A DNA stretch of 64,000 nucleotides from Anaerolineaceae bacterium (GTDB lineage Bacteria > Chloroflexota > Anaerolineae > Anaerolineales > E44-bin32). The notes under the pieces are model-generated. The model had not been told where the DNA came from and made no database searches. It was given only the letters and a program-made list of their open reading frames with translations. A program made the position numbers and the translations under genes. How positions within the stretch are numbered: position 1 is the stretch's first letter; every line of letters starts with the position of its first letter. Shown here in pieces: positions 1-8,588 of this stretch. The stretch lies in NCBI GenBank assembly GCA_020350285.1, contig CP070708.1:3301970-3365969 (forward strand), in the 5' to 3' direction.

Positions 1-1
1 C

Positions 2-235
2 CTTACACTTCTGCGCGAGTTGACAACAGATCTCCGGCAACAATTAAGAAAGGGCAGAACCCCCAATTTACGAGATACGATTAAGTCCATCACAGACGAT
101 GCAATCCGCCTCTGCAGTCAACCTGGCTTGGTGTCGGATCGCACGAACCTTGTGATACATCTCAGTGAGATGCTGGATGAGTTATCTATCTTGGATGAAA
201 ACTGCCAGGAGACTGAGAGAAGAGGTGGGGGATGA
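2..235 (+). CDS. C-terminal end of a CDS entering from beyond the window start; hypothetical protein
   Basis: The frame is open from base 2, with no stop before the listed TTG at 20. Its TGA stop overlaps the ATG of the next gene (ATGA at 232-235). No recognisable motif. Confidence 0.35.
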   Translation, partial: LTLLRELTTDLRQQLRKGRTPNLRDTIKSITDDAIRLCSQPGLVSDRTNLVIHLSEMLDELSILDENCQETERRGGG

Positions 236-1698
236 GTGAAAGCGCAGTCTCACGCCCAACCAACGCCCTTTGGTCCCTCTTTCGACCTGCACTTGACCTG
301 CTTCTTGGCAGAAATAGAACCAGCGCTGCCTTTCGATTCGTTCTTCTAGGTGCGTTCTTTGTTGTCTACTGGTTCGTGCTGGTTTGGCTAGCAGGTTTCC
401 CGGGAGAGATTCCACTTGATTGGCAAAATCGACTTCCATCCATTGTATTTATCATTATCAACACGATCGCACCCTTCTTCCACCCTCAGGTTCTCATACA
501 TCTTCTCCCTGTTGTGTTCGCAATTTTGGCAAGCTTCTTCATAGGATCGTTGTACCTCACTGACCTTTTCGAACTTGACTCTTTCTGGATCGCCGCTTCG
601 TACTTGTTTGCTTCTCTCTTTGGTTTGGGTTACCCAACGCTTTCCATCAACCGAGGCAATATGAGCGAGTTGGAAGGAATCCACACACACAACCCTCTCA
701 TGCAGATCGGCGGTCCCGGTTACGTTGTCGTCCACCTTGGCTACGCAGCCGTGTTCGAAACCGAGGAAGGGATACCGAAAGTCTACGGCTCACCAAGAAG
801 CGGTGACGAAACAACAGGACCTTTTATCGAGGGGTTTGAACGGCTTAGGGGCGTAATTGACTTACGCGATCAGCTAGGCAAAGTCGATGAGGTTCGAGCT
901 GTGACCCGAGACGGTATTGAAGTATATGCTCGTGATGCACAGATGTTGTTCCGTGTCTACGGTGGTGATCAACAACGGAGTCTTCAAAATCCCTACCCGT
1001 TCACCAATGAAGGCATTCGCCGTCTGACTTATGGGCAAGCCGTAAAACACGAGGGTCAGAGGAATTGGGTAGATTTGCTCCCAGAAATCGTGAGTCGTGA
1101 AATTCGTTCTTTCGTCTCCCAACACTCCATTCAAGAATTTCTAGCATTACAACCCTCTCGCCTATTAGCAGAGGGAGAACCTTCTGAAGAAGGGGAGGAA
1201 GGAGCCCAATCAATCATCCAGATCCCCCGTCGCCAGCTCACAGAACACTTCCATACCGATCAACTAAAAGAACGTCTTAAAGATCAAGGATTGGAACTCG
1301 CATGGGTTGGTGTGGGCACCTGGGAACTGCGAGATGATCAACGATCCTCAATGCCTGGCGTGACAGGTCCCGCAAAAACCCTGACCGCCACCTGGCGAGA
1401 TCTCCAACGAGCCAATCTCTACGCTTCGACGGATTATCAAGCTCGCGAGTATGATCGTTGTCTGCGCGAGCGGACAGCCGAGGGCATTAGTGAAATTATC
1501 AAAACCTGGAAACATGGCGAATTACCGAAATCCTACCGATGTTTCGAGACTTTACACAATCTCCAAATGCAAATGGAGTTGATGCTCCACCAACTGGAAA
1601 CTGAGACTGATCTAAACCCACCCCCCGATATTGAAGCAGCACTAAACCACATTCGCTTTTTAATCCGATCGAGAGAAATCGGAGAGGAAGAGGCTTGA
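232..1698 (+). CDS. Polytopic membrane protein with an SPFH/Band-7-like central region
   Basis: 488 aa. The N-terminal ~130 aa are hydrophobic with about 4 TM segments. The following stretch GGPGYVVVHLGYAAVFETEEG...VIDLRDQLGKVDEVRAVTRDGIEVYARDAQMLFRV fits the SPFH beta pattern (xDLRxQ...V.V.T.DG..V.V.....YRV). The gene overlaps both neighbours by 4 nt. Confidence 0.55.
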   Translation: MSESAVSRPTNALWSLFRPALDLLLGRNRTSAAFRFVLLGAFFVVYWFVLVWLAGFPGEIPLDWQNRLPSIVFIIINTIAPFFHPQVLIHLLPVVFAILASFFIGSLYLTDLFELDSFWIAASYLFASLFGLGYPTLSINRGNMSELEGIHTHNPLMQIGGPGYVVVHLGYAAVFETEEGIPKVYGSPRSGDETTGPFIEGFERLRGVIDLRDQLGKVDEVRAVTRDGIEVYARDAQMLFRVYGGDQQRSLQNPYPFTNEGIRRLTYGQAVKHEGQRNWVDLLPEIVSREIRSFVSQHSIQEFLALQPSRLLAEGEPSEEGEEGAQSIIQIPRRQLTEHFHTDQLKERLKDQGLELAWVGVGTWELRDDQRSSMPGVTGPAKTLTATWRDLQRANLYASTDYQAREYDRCLRERTAEGISEIIKTWKHGELPKSYRCFETLHNLQMQMELMLHQLETETDLNPPPDIEAALNHIRFLIRSREIGEEEA

Positions 1699-2630
1699 CG
1701 CCGTCAGCAGGGTATGTACTTGTCATAGGTTCTGCTGGATTAGACATCATTGGGCGAGCTAACGCAGACCTCCACATCGGAACCTCCAATCCCAGCAACC
1801 TACGTATGTCATTTGGAGGTACTGCGCGCAACGTAGCTGAGAACTTGGCTCGCCTCGGGACAGACGTATTCCTCATCACCGCTGTTGGCGACGACCCGCA
1901 AGGAAAACAGCTCCTCTTTCAAACCTCTGAAAGCGGTGTGAACGTCGATTACGCCATAACCGTTCCGGATCAACCCACCGGAACTTATCTAGCGATCCTA
2001 GATAATCAGGGCATCCTTCACTTAGGCATGGACGATATGAGAGTGATCGATGCAATCACATCTGAATACCTCCGTCAGCAGAGGGAGCTATTCAAAGGCG
2101 CCATCGTTGTTTTTGTAGACGCTAACCTCCCGCCGAAAACCCTAAAGACAGCTGTTTCCATCGCCTGGCGGGCTAAAATCCCGATCGCCGCTGATCCTAC
2201 TTCAGTTAGTCTCGCGCCAGCGCTTCTCCCTCACCTTGAGCGTTTATGGTTGATCACACCAAACGAGACTGAAGCAGAGATTTTGTGCCCCCACCCCGTC
2301 CCTCACGCTGACCGAGATATGGCGATTGACGCTGCCCGTCATCTCGTATCACAAGGCGTTGACATCGCGATCATCACCATGGCGGAGTTCGGGCTGGGCT
2401 ACGCTAGTGCAGACAGAAGCGGTCATGTGCCAGCACTCCACACTGAGATCGTCGATCCGACCGGGGCTGGTGACGCACTGACCGCCGCAGTTATCTTCGC
2501 CCTGCTTAACGATATCCCACTGGACGAAGCGGTTCGCTTGGGTTTGTCAGCCGCTGCGCTCACCTTGCGTTCACCTGGGACTGTGGCTACTAACTTGTCG
2601 ATTGAGATGCTTTATGAGGGTTTAAGATGA
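1695..2630 (+). CDS. psuK: PfkB-family carbohydrate kinase, probably pseudouridine kinase
   Basis: N-terminal VLVIGSAGLDI and C-terminal DPTGAGDALTAAVIFALL (PfkB signature 2). It lies directly upstream of psuG. The start is TTG, overlapping the preceding stop. Confidence 0.65.
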   Translation: MTPSAGYVLVIGSAGLDIIGRANADLHIGTSNPSNLRMSFGGTARNVAENLARLGTDVFLITAVGDDPQGKQLLFQTSESGVNVDYAITVPDQPTGTYLAILDNQGILHLGMDDMRVIDAITSEYLRQQRELFKGAIVVFVDANLPPKTLKTAVSIAWRAKIPIAADPTSVSLAPALLPHLERLWLITPNETEAEILCPHPVPHADRDMAIDAARHLVSQGVDIAIITMAEFGLGYASADRSGHVPALHTEIVDPTGAGDALTAAVIFALLNDIPLDEAVRLGLSAAALTLRSPGTVATNLSIEMLYEGLR

Positions 2631-2635
2631 TAGTT

Positions 2636-2713
2636 GGGGATCAGGGATCAGGGATCAGGATTAGTTCATCACGGAGATGGACTCCTGATCCCTAATCCCT
2701 AGTCCCTGATCCC
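2636..2713. repeat. Inverted arrays of heptamer tandem repeats (GGGATCA x3 facing TNATCCC/TGATCCC x4) forming a long hairpin between psuK and psuG
   Basis: Read directly: ggggatcagggatcagggatcagga ... tcctgatccctaatccctagtccctgatccc, followed by ttt. A related heptamer array occurs at 59034-59061. Confidence 0.8.
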
Positions 2714-2744
2714 TTTCTGAAAATATACTAGAGGATTATTTAAG

Positions 2745-3656
2745 ATGCCCATCGATATCCCCGAATGGCTTCATGTCCATCCAGACGTTGGACAAGCACT
2801 TGAAAGTGCAAAACCGGTCGTGGCCTTGGAGTCGACCGTTATTACCCACGGATTGCCGCGACCGGTAAACCTCGATCTTGCTCGGTGGATGGAAACAGAA
2901 GTGATCTCGGTTGGCGTTCAACCTGCCACGGTCGCGATCATAGATGGCATCGTTCGCTTTGGCCTTTCAAACGAAGAACTTGAGAATTTAGCCTTGACCA
3001 AAGAAGTGCATAAAATCAGCCGCCGCGATCTTGCAACGGCAGTTGCCAAACGTCAGACCGGGGGAACCACAGTGGCGGCTACGATCTTCGTTGCACATTC
3101 GATCGGTGTTCAAGTATTCGCAACGGGAGGTATAGGGGGTGTTCACCGTGGATCCACTGGCGATATCTCTGCTGATTTGCCTGAACTTGCCCGTAGACCG
3201 ATCGTTGTCGTCTGCTCAGGTGCCAAAGCTATTCTCGACTTACCACGAACGGTCGAATGGCTTGAGACAGCGTCGGTACCGGTGATCGGATGGGGGACTG
3301 AAGAGTTTCCTGCTTTTTTCAGCAGAAAGAGCGGATTACCCGTCAGTTTAAGCTTGACCACCCTCGCTGAGATTGGCGCTTTCTTGCGCTCGCATTGGAG
3401 AATGGGTATCGGGAGCGGTGTTCTAATCTGTGTGCCTTGTCCCGAAGATGCCGCGGTTCCAAGGGAGGTGGCTGAAGAAGCAATAGCCAAAGCGGAGATT
3501 GAAGCTCAGGAGTCTAATATAACCGGTGGCGAATTAACCCCTTATCTACTCAGTCGCTTAGCTGAGCTTACAGAAGGCGCGACCCTGCGGGCAAATCTTG
3601 AACTCCTAAAGAACAATGCGCATGTCGCAGCCACGATTGCCAAAGCGTTGTTTTAA
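2745..3656 (+). CDS. psuG: Pseudouridine-5'-phosphate glycosidase
   Basis: 303 aa. VALESTVITHGLPRP near the N-terminus, GGTTVAAT and GGIGGVHRG are hallmarks of the IndA/PsuG family. Confidence 0.9.
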   Translation: MPIDIPEWLHVHPDVGQALESAKPVVALESTVITHGLPRPVNLDLARWMETEVISVGVQPATVAIIDGIVRFGLSNEELENLALTKEVHKISRRDLATAVAKRQTGGTTVAATIFVAHSIGVQVFATGGIGGVHRGSTGDISADLPELARRPIVVVCSGAKAILDLPRTVEWLETASVPVIGWGTEEFPAFFSRKSGLPVSLSLTTLAEIGAFLRSHWRMGIGSGVLICVPCPEDAAVPREVAEEAIAKAEIEAQESNITGGELTPYLLSRLAELTEGATLRANLELLKNNAHVAATIAKALF

Positions 3657-3960
3657 ACGCATAGACCTTCCCGAAAACCTACTGCTCATGGAAGGTCTTA
3701 AAATTCAATCCCTATCTCTCAACCCACATCCCCATCTATACCCTCTCTACTCCTCAAAAGTGCATTTTCCCCTGCACTCATGAATGATTGCTAAGTTTAA
3801 TGCCACAAGGTTGCGAAGCCCTCTGCATCTCGTCTCTCACTACACTCCAAGCAGGACATGAAGAGAGTGACCCACTTGTGAATTTCGGAGTCAGAGGACA
3901 ATAAACCTCAAGAAACAACATGAGGTATTTCTTTGCATACGTCCAAATTAACCGTATTGG

Positions 3961-3989
3961 TTGCAGGCCCTTATGCCGTGTGTTAGAAT
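3961..3989 (+). promoter_or_regulatory. Sigma-70-type promoter: TTGCAG, 17 nt spacer, TAGAAT with TG extension
   Basis: ttgcag at 3961-3966 and tgt-tagaat at 3981-3989, about 40 nt upstream of the ATG at 4030. Confidence 0.5.
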
Positions 3990-4029
3990 GCCACCAATCC
4001 CTTTCAGTGGTACGGGTGGAGGCCTGAGG

Positions 4030-4548
4030 ATGGTAGAGGTCGTTATCGATAGTATTCGGGTGAGCCTGATGTCTCCTCAAAGGATCATCATCCTGCGAGA
4101 GATGGATTCGGAACGTTTCCTTCCGATCTGGATTGGACCTTTCGAAGCGGACGCCATCACTCTCAGCCTACAAGAACTAGAGGTCACTCGCCCTCTGACG
4201 CACGACCTACTCCGAAATGTGCTTCAGGTCTTAGGAGCCGAGGTGCTCCGTGTCAACATCACTGAATTACGCGACGATGTATTCTACGCCCGTATTGTGA
4301 TCAATTTGGATGGACAAGAGCTGGAAATCGACTCGCGCCCCTCAGATGCCTTGGCCCTAGCAGTACGGACTCACGTCCCGATCTTCGTTTCTGAAACTGT
4401 AATGGATGAGGCAGCATCTGTACCTGAGACAGATGTCGAGACAGAAGAGGTTGCTGAGGACAGCGACGAGCGGTTGGAGGTATTCAAGGATTTTGTCGAG
4501 ACGCTGGATCTCGATGATTTGGAATCTCCCGATAACGATAATAACTGA
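4030..4548 (+). CDS. Bifunctional nuclease (BFN/DUF151) family protein
   Basis: The region [10 protein letters not shown]...IIILRE...[15 protein letters not shown]...RPLTHDLL...ARIVI...[14 protein letters not shown] matches the DUF151 pattern and is followed by an acidic tail. The start was trimmed from the track's 3961 to the ATG at 4030, which has a GAGG just upstream. Confidence 0.8.
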   Translation: MVEVVIDSIRVSLMSPQRIIILREMDSERFLPIWIGPFEADAITLSLQELEVTRPLTHDLLRNVLQVLGAEVLRVNITELRDDVFYARIVINLDGQELEIDSRPSDALALAVRTHVPIFVSETVMDEAASVPETDVETEEVAEDSDERLEVFKDFVETLDLDDLESPDNDNN

Positions 4549-4658
4549 TACACAATCCCGCTCTTCTTTCTCAAAGATGCCCGACTGGGATATCGCTGCG
4601 ATCCGATACCATACGGATAACAAATCAACCCAAATAGCAGATTTGGAACGAAATAATC

Positions 4659-6050
4659 ATGAGTGAGTATCCTTCCCCCCTCGACCCTGATCCTTCCGGC
4701 GATGGTCGTCAAGCTCAAGAAACTCCTTACGATCGACAAGCTGAGGAGGCCGTTCTTGGCTCTGTTTTGGTCAATACGGAAGTGTATTATGATCTTGCCC
4801 ACTTCCTTTCCAGCGACGATTTTTTCCTGCACCGTAATCGATGGATCTGGGAGACCTTTACCAGCCTCCACGAGCAACGCCTTCCGATCGACATCTTAAC
4901 TGTCTCTGAAGAACTCGAAAGACAAGGACGCCTTGAAGAAGTTGGCGGTCCTGCCTATTTAACAACGCTGATCAACAATGTCCCCTCCTCGTTGCATGCT
5001 GAAGCATACGGGAAAATCGTCGAAGAGACCGCAACTCGTCGCCGTCTACTTGATGCCGCGAACCAAATCGCACGCTTGGCGTTCCAATCTGGAACACCGG
5101 TTGAAGATGTTGTCAACGATGCAGAGAAAGCGGTCTTCGGTGTCAGTGAGCGCCGACTATCACACCAATTGCAACCCATCAGTCAGGTGCTCAGTGAATA
5201 TTATGACCGTATCGATTATCTTGCCCGCCATCGTGACGAAACCATCGGTGTACCCACCGGATTCATTGATCTTGATCGTCTATTAGGTGGTATGCAGCCC
5301 AGCGATTTGCTCATCATTGCTGGGCGACCAGGGCAAGGCAAATCGGGCTTCTGCATCTCTGTGGCGAAAAACGCCAGCCAGTTACACAAGAAGCATGTGG
5401 CTCTTTTCTCTCTCGAGATGTCCAATGATCAACTCGTGCAGCGCCTTGTTGCACAAGAGACCGGCATCGATTCCCAGCGTTTGCGATTGGCCAACCTTCA
5501 CGACGATGAGTGGCCTATTTTCACCCAAGCGGTCAGTGTACTGGGAGATACGCACATCTACCTTGACGACACACCAGCCATCACCCCTTTACAGCTTCAT
5601 ACCAAATGCCGTCGTTTACACATGGAGGTAGGGTTGGATTTGATCATCGTCGATTACCTCCAGCTCATGACAGGTGATGTGAGGATTGAGAACCGTGTCC
5701 AAGAGGTCTCTTACATCTCCCGCAATCTGAAAGCGCTTGCGCGAGAGCTAAAGGTCCCGGTGTTGGCGGCCGCACAACTCTCACGGGCGGTTGAATCGCG
5801 TCGACCACCGCGCCCGATACTATCGGATTTGCGAGAATCCGGGAGTCTTGAGCAAGATTCCGATGTCGTGATGTTCATCTATCGACCGGATCAGTATGAA
5901 AAAGACACCCTGAAACAAAATATCGCTGAGATCATCGTTGCCAAACACCGCAATGGGCCAGTTGGGAGCGTCGAATTGGTCTTCCGACAGGCTCTAGCAA
6001 AATTCGAGAACGCAGCTACACGCCCAATTGATGTAGCCATGGCTGAGTAA
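4659..6050 (+). CDS. dnaB: Replicative DNA helicase DnaB
   Basis: 463 aa. Contains the N-terminal EEAVLGSVL motif, Walker A GRPGQGKS, FSLEMS, DYLQLM and RESGSLEQDSDVV. The length leaves no room for an intein. Confidence 0.95.
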   Translation: MSEYPSPLDPDPSGDGRQAQETPYDRQAEEAVLGSVLVNTEVYYDLAHFLSSDDFFLHRNRWIWETFTSLHEQRLPIDILTVSEELERQGRLEEVGGPAYLTTLINNVPSSLHAEAYGKIVEETATRRRLLDAANQIARLAFQSGTPVEDVVNDAEKAVFGVSERRLSHQLQPISQVLSEYYDRIDYLARHRDETIGVPTGFIDLDRLLGGMQPSDLLIIAGRPGQGKSGFCISVAKNASQLHKKHVALFSLEMSNDQLVQRLVAQETGIDSQRLRLANLHDDEWPIFTQAVSVLGDTHIYLDDTPAITPLQLHTKCRRLHMEVGLDLIIVDYLQLMTGDVRIENRVQEVSYISRNLKALARELKVPVLAAAQLSRAVESRRPPRPILSDLRESGSLEQDSDVVMFIYRPDQYEKDTLKQNIAEIIVAKHRNGPVGSVELVFRQALAKFENAATRPIDVAMAE

Positions 6051-6128
6051 TTCAGCGATACGCACCGCCAAATCAACTAAAATCTCTTTGGATCCGATCC
6101 CTCTACAAGAGGCCACAAGACGAGAGGC

Positions 6129-6833
6129 ATGAAATCCCAGATGGGCTTCCCCGGTTTCCCTGAGGGCAAGTTAAAGCTGACGCCAATCCCCAACCAATTT
6201 TTCAGCGAATTGATACCAGCTATTGACCACCTCGGTGAGATGAAGGTCACGCTGTATGCCTTCTGGGCTTTAGCCAAGAAGGAAGGACGTTTTCTCTATC
6301 TGACTCGGGCCGAGATGGCCTCCGATCAACTCCTCCTTGACAGTCTGACTTCTCCTGGGATGCAAAAACTCGAAGCCCTTGATGACGCCCTCGAACGCGC
6401 CATCGCTCGTGGGACACTGCTTCAAGCATCCATAGATTTTGAGGGCGGAACGGAGGACTTCTTCTTTCTCAATTCCCCTAAAGGACGTGCTGCAATAAAA
6501 GGTATCGAACGTGGCGAATGGCTACCGAGTGGAGAAGAAGGTAAACCGTTGGAATTGAGAATTGAGCGACCCAATGTCTATACCCTCTATGAACAGAATA
6601 TCGGTCCACTAACACCGATGATCGCGGAGAGATTGAGAGAAGCCGAAAGTGAGTATCCATCCCAATGGATCGAAGATGCTATCCGCATCGCCGTAGAGAA
6701 CAACGTCCGCAAGTGGCGATACATCGAAGCAATACTAGAAGATTGGCGCACAAAGGGTAGGGATGAACGAGAAGATATCCGAGACACTGAAAAGGCTCGC
6801 CGCAGCTACCTCGAAGGAGAGCTCGGTGACTGA
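6129..6833 (+). CDS. DnaD-domain replication initiation/helicase-loading protein
   Basis: The C-terminal region YEQNIGPLTP...I..A.....RKWRYIEAILEDWRTKG is the DnaD/DnaB_2 domain signature. GAGAGG lies upstream of the ATG. Confidence 0.75.
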   Translation: MKSQMGFPGFPEGKLKLTPIPNQFFSELIPAIDHLGEMKVTLYAFWALAKKEGRFLYLTRAEMASDQLLLDSLTSPGMQKLEALDDALERAIARGTLLQASIDFEGGTEDFFFLNSPKGRAAIKGIERGEWLPSGEEGKPLELRIERPNVYTLYEQNIGPLTPMIAERLREAESEYPSQWIEDAIRIAVENNVRKWRYIEAILEDWRTKGRDEREDIRDTEKARRSYLEGELGD

Positions 6834-8169
6834 TCAAGAGTTTGAAGGTGGCGAGACCCCTAGATCGACCTTAGGTGATCCGAATTGCCCACACTGCCAA
6901 GGTGCAGGTTATTTACGTAAAGATCTAGCCCCTGGGCATCCCGATTTCGGGCGAATTGAGATCTGCATTTGCCGACAGGCAGATGTTCAATCTCGGATAC
7001 GCGAACGCCTATTCAGCCTAAGCCATCTCGATGAGTTAAGAGACTTAACCTTCGAAACTTTCAACCCGCGCGGTCGAGTTGGCCTGGGGCAACAACAGCA
7101 GGATTCGATCGAACGAGCCTACAACCAAGCGCAGGCGTTTGCCGAAACTCTCAGTGGCTGGTTACTTATCCAAGGTGGCTACGGCAGCGGTAAGACACAT
7201 TTGGCCGCCGCGATCGCCAATGCGTGCGTCTCACGTGGTGTACCGACCTTGTTTCTCACAGTTCCGGACTTACTCGATACATTACGCTTCACCTACGACG
7301 CCGAGGAGGTCACCTTCGAGGAACGTTTCGATCAAGTCCGCAATGCTTCCTTGCTTGTGCTCGATGACTTCGGGACACAGAGCGCTACGGCATGGGCTCA
7401 GGAAAAACTATTCCAGATCCTGAATTATCGCTATATCAACCAGATGCCCGTTGTCGTCACGACCAATCTGGCATTAGAACAAATCGAAGGTCGTATGCGT
7501 TCTCGTCTATCGGATCCTGAACTCGTGACCCATGTTCACATCCATGCTCCCGATTATCGTCGACCCGTTGTGGATACTGGACAACACGAGTTGTCCTCAC
7601 TTCACGATCACAATGATCAAACCTTTGGCACCTTTAGTGACCGGAAAGGTGAAAAACTACAACCTGTCGATGCTAAAACCCTGGAGGAGGCATTCCAGGC
7701 TGCGCGGGAGTTTGCTGAGGATCCTCAAGGGTGGTTGGTCTTAATGGGGCCTTTCGGTTCAGGGAAAACACACCTTGCGGCTGCGATCGCGAACTATCGC
7801 GCCAGTCAAGGGTACCCGGTCATGTATGTAGTCGTCCCTGATCTCCTCGATCATCTTCGGGCGACCTTCAATCCTGCAAGTGCTGTGTCTTACGATCGTC
7901 TCTTCGAGGAGATACGGGCCGCACAGCTGCTCGTACTGGACGATCTGGGCACCCAAGCCATGACACCCTGGGTTCGAGAGAAACTCTACCAGTTGTTCAA
8001 TCATCGATATAACGCTGCCCTTCCAACAGTGATCACAACCGCCGACCGAGAGGCGGAAATCGATTCACGGCTCTACGCCCGGATGCTTGATCGGCGCCTT
8101 TGCAAGGTAAAGAAGATCACTGTCCCCGCTTATCGGGGGCGTGGCACTCGCCGATCGTCAAAGCGTTGA
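6763..8169 (+). CDS. Tandem double DnaC/DnaI-like AAA+ helicase loader with an N-terminal CxxCxGxG zinc-finger motif
   Basis: Two full modules are present. Module 1: GGYGSGKTHLAAAIAN, LLVLDDFG, VVVTTN. Module 2: GPFGSGKTHLAAAIAN, LLVLDDLG, TVITTA. CPHCQGAGY...CICR lies at aa 42-70. The true start may be the in-frame GTG at 6826, preceded by GGAGA, rather than 6763. Confidence 0.8.
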   Translation: MNEKISETLKRLAAATSKESSVTDQEFEGGETPRSTLGDPNCPHCQGAGYLRKDLAPGHPDFGRIEICICRQADVQSRIRERLFSLSHLDELRDLTFETFNPRGRVGLGQQQQDSIERAYNQAQAFAETLSGWLLIQGGYGSGKTHLAAAIANACVSRGVPTLFLTVPDLLDTLRFTYDAEEVTFEERFDQVRNASLLVLDDFGTQSATAWAQEKLFQILNYRYINQMPVVVTTNLALEQIEGRMRSRLSDPELVTHVHIHAPDYRRPVVDTGQHELSSLHDHNDQTFGTFSDRKGEKLQPVDAKTLEEAFQAAREFAEDPQGWLVLMGPFGSGKTHLAAAIANYRASQGYPVMYVVVPDLLDHLRATFNPASAVSYDRLFEEIRAAQLLVLDDLGTQAMTPWVREKLYQLFNHRYNAALPTVITTADREAEIDSRLYARMLDRRLCKVKKITVPAYRGRGTRRSSKR

Positions 8170-8195
8170 CTGTCCCAAAAAGCACATGGTAGAAT
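8166..8195 (+). promoter_or_regulatory. Promoter for tRNA-Glu: TTGACT, 18 nt spacer, TAGAAT
   Basis: ttgact at 8166-8171 and tagaat at 8190-8195. The tRNA 5' end lies 10 nt downstream. Confidence 0.5.
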
Positions 8196-8204
8196 TCGCG
8201 CTGC

Positions 8205-8277
8205 GCCCCCATCGTCTAGGGGACTAGGACGTGGGCCTTTCAAGCCCAAAACCGGGGTTCGAATCCCCGTGGGGGCA
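8205..8277 (+). tRNA. tRNA-Glu (anticodon UUC)
   Basis: Cloverleaf read by eye. Acceptor stem gccccca/tgggggc, anticodon stem tgggc/gccca with loop cTTTCaa, 4-nt variable loop, T arm cgggg-ttcgaat-ccccg. CCA is not encoded. The D-arm is very similar to E. coli tRNA-Glu. Confidence 0.9.
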
Positions 8278-8278
8278 C

Positions 8279-8310
8279 ACAAACCGCCCGACACATCTGT
8301 CGAGCGGTTT
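8279..8310 (+). repeat. Direct repeat copy 1 (32 nt exact), which also forms the tRNA-Glu terminator hairpin
   Basis: acaaaccgcccgacacatctgtcgagcggttt, with stem ccgcccgaca/tgtcgagcgg followed by T-run. An identical copy lies at 9824-9855. Confidence 0.85.
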
Positions 8311-8588
8311 TTATCTTCAATTAGCTTTGAACTTAGGGGAAAATTAGAAGAAATGAACCTTGATGAGTGAAAATCAAAAGTTTTGATCCTTCAATGATGC
8401 ATATTTTAGCAAAAATAAGTTCGAATCTTCGTAGGGTGTAAAGTTTAATTACTTACATTTCCTGTGGTTTCAACGCATAATTCATGGTCAGAAACTCGAT
8501 TGTAAGAAAGAGGTTTTCATTCAATTTTAGATTTTGTTCATGGACAAAAGTAACGAAGACCCGAATATCAACAATCGGAGTAGGTAAA

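Noticed and set aside
4371-4877. 168-aa minus-strand ORF bridging the nuclease gene end and the dnaB start
   Set aside because: It overlaps two supported plus-strand genes and the intergenic region, and it has no RBS or motif.
4659-6050. Intein in DnaB (also considered for GyrA at 45329-47794)
   Set aside because: The protein lengths (463 and 821 aa) and uninterrupted motif order leave no room for an intein insertion.
4030-8169. Replication module interpreted as a prophage
   Set aside because: No integrase, terminase, capsid, tail or lysis genes are in the flanks. The helicase looks like a full-length chromosomal DnaB. I kept it as a finding about gene organisation rather than calling a mobile element.
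8484-8588. Upstream 35-codon extension of the carbon-nitrogen hydrolase ORF
   Set aside because: The extension is basic, low-complexity and AT-rich. The internal ATG at 8589 is preceded by GGAG and begins just before the conserved LRVAAVQMD start of the CN-hydrolase fold.
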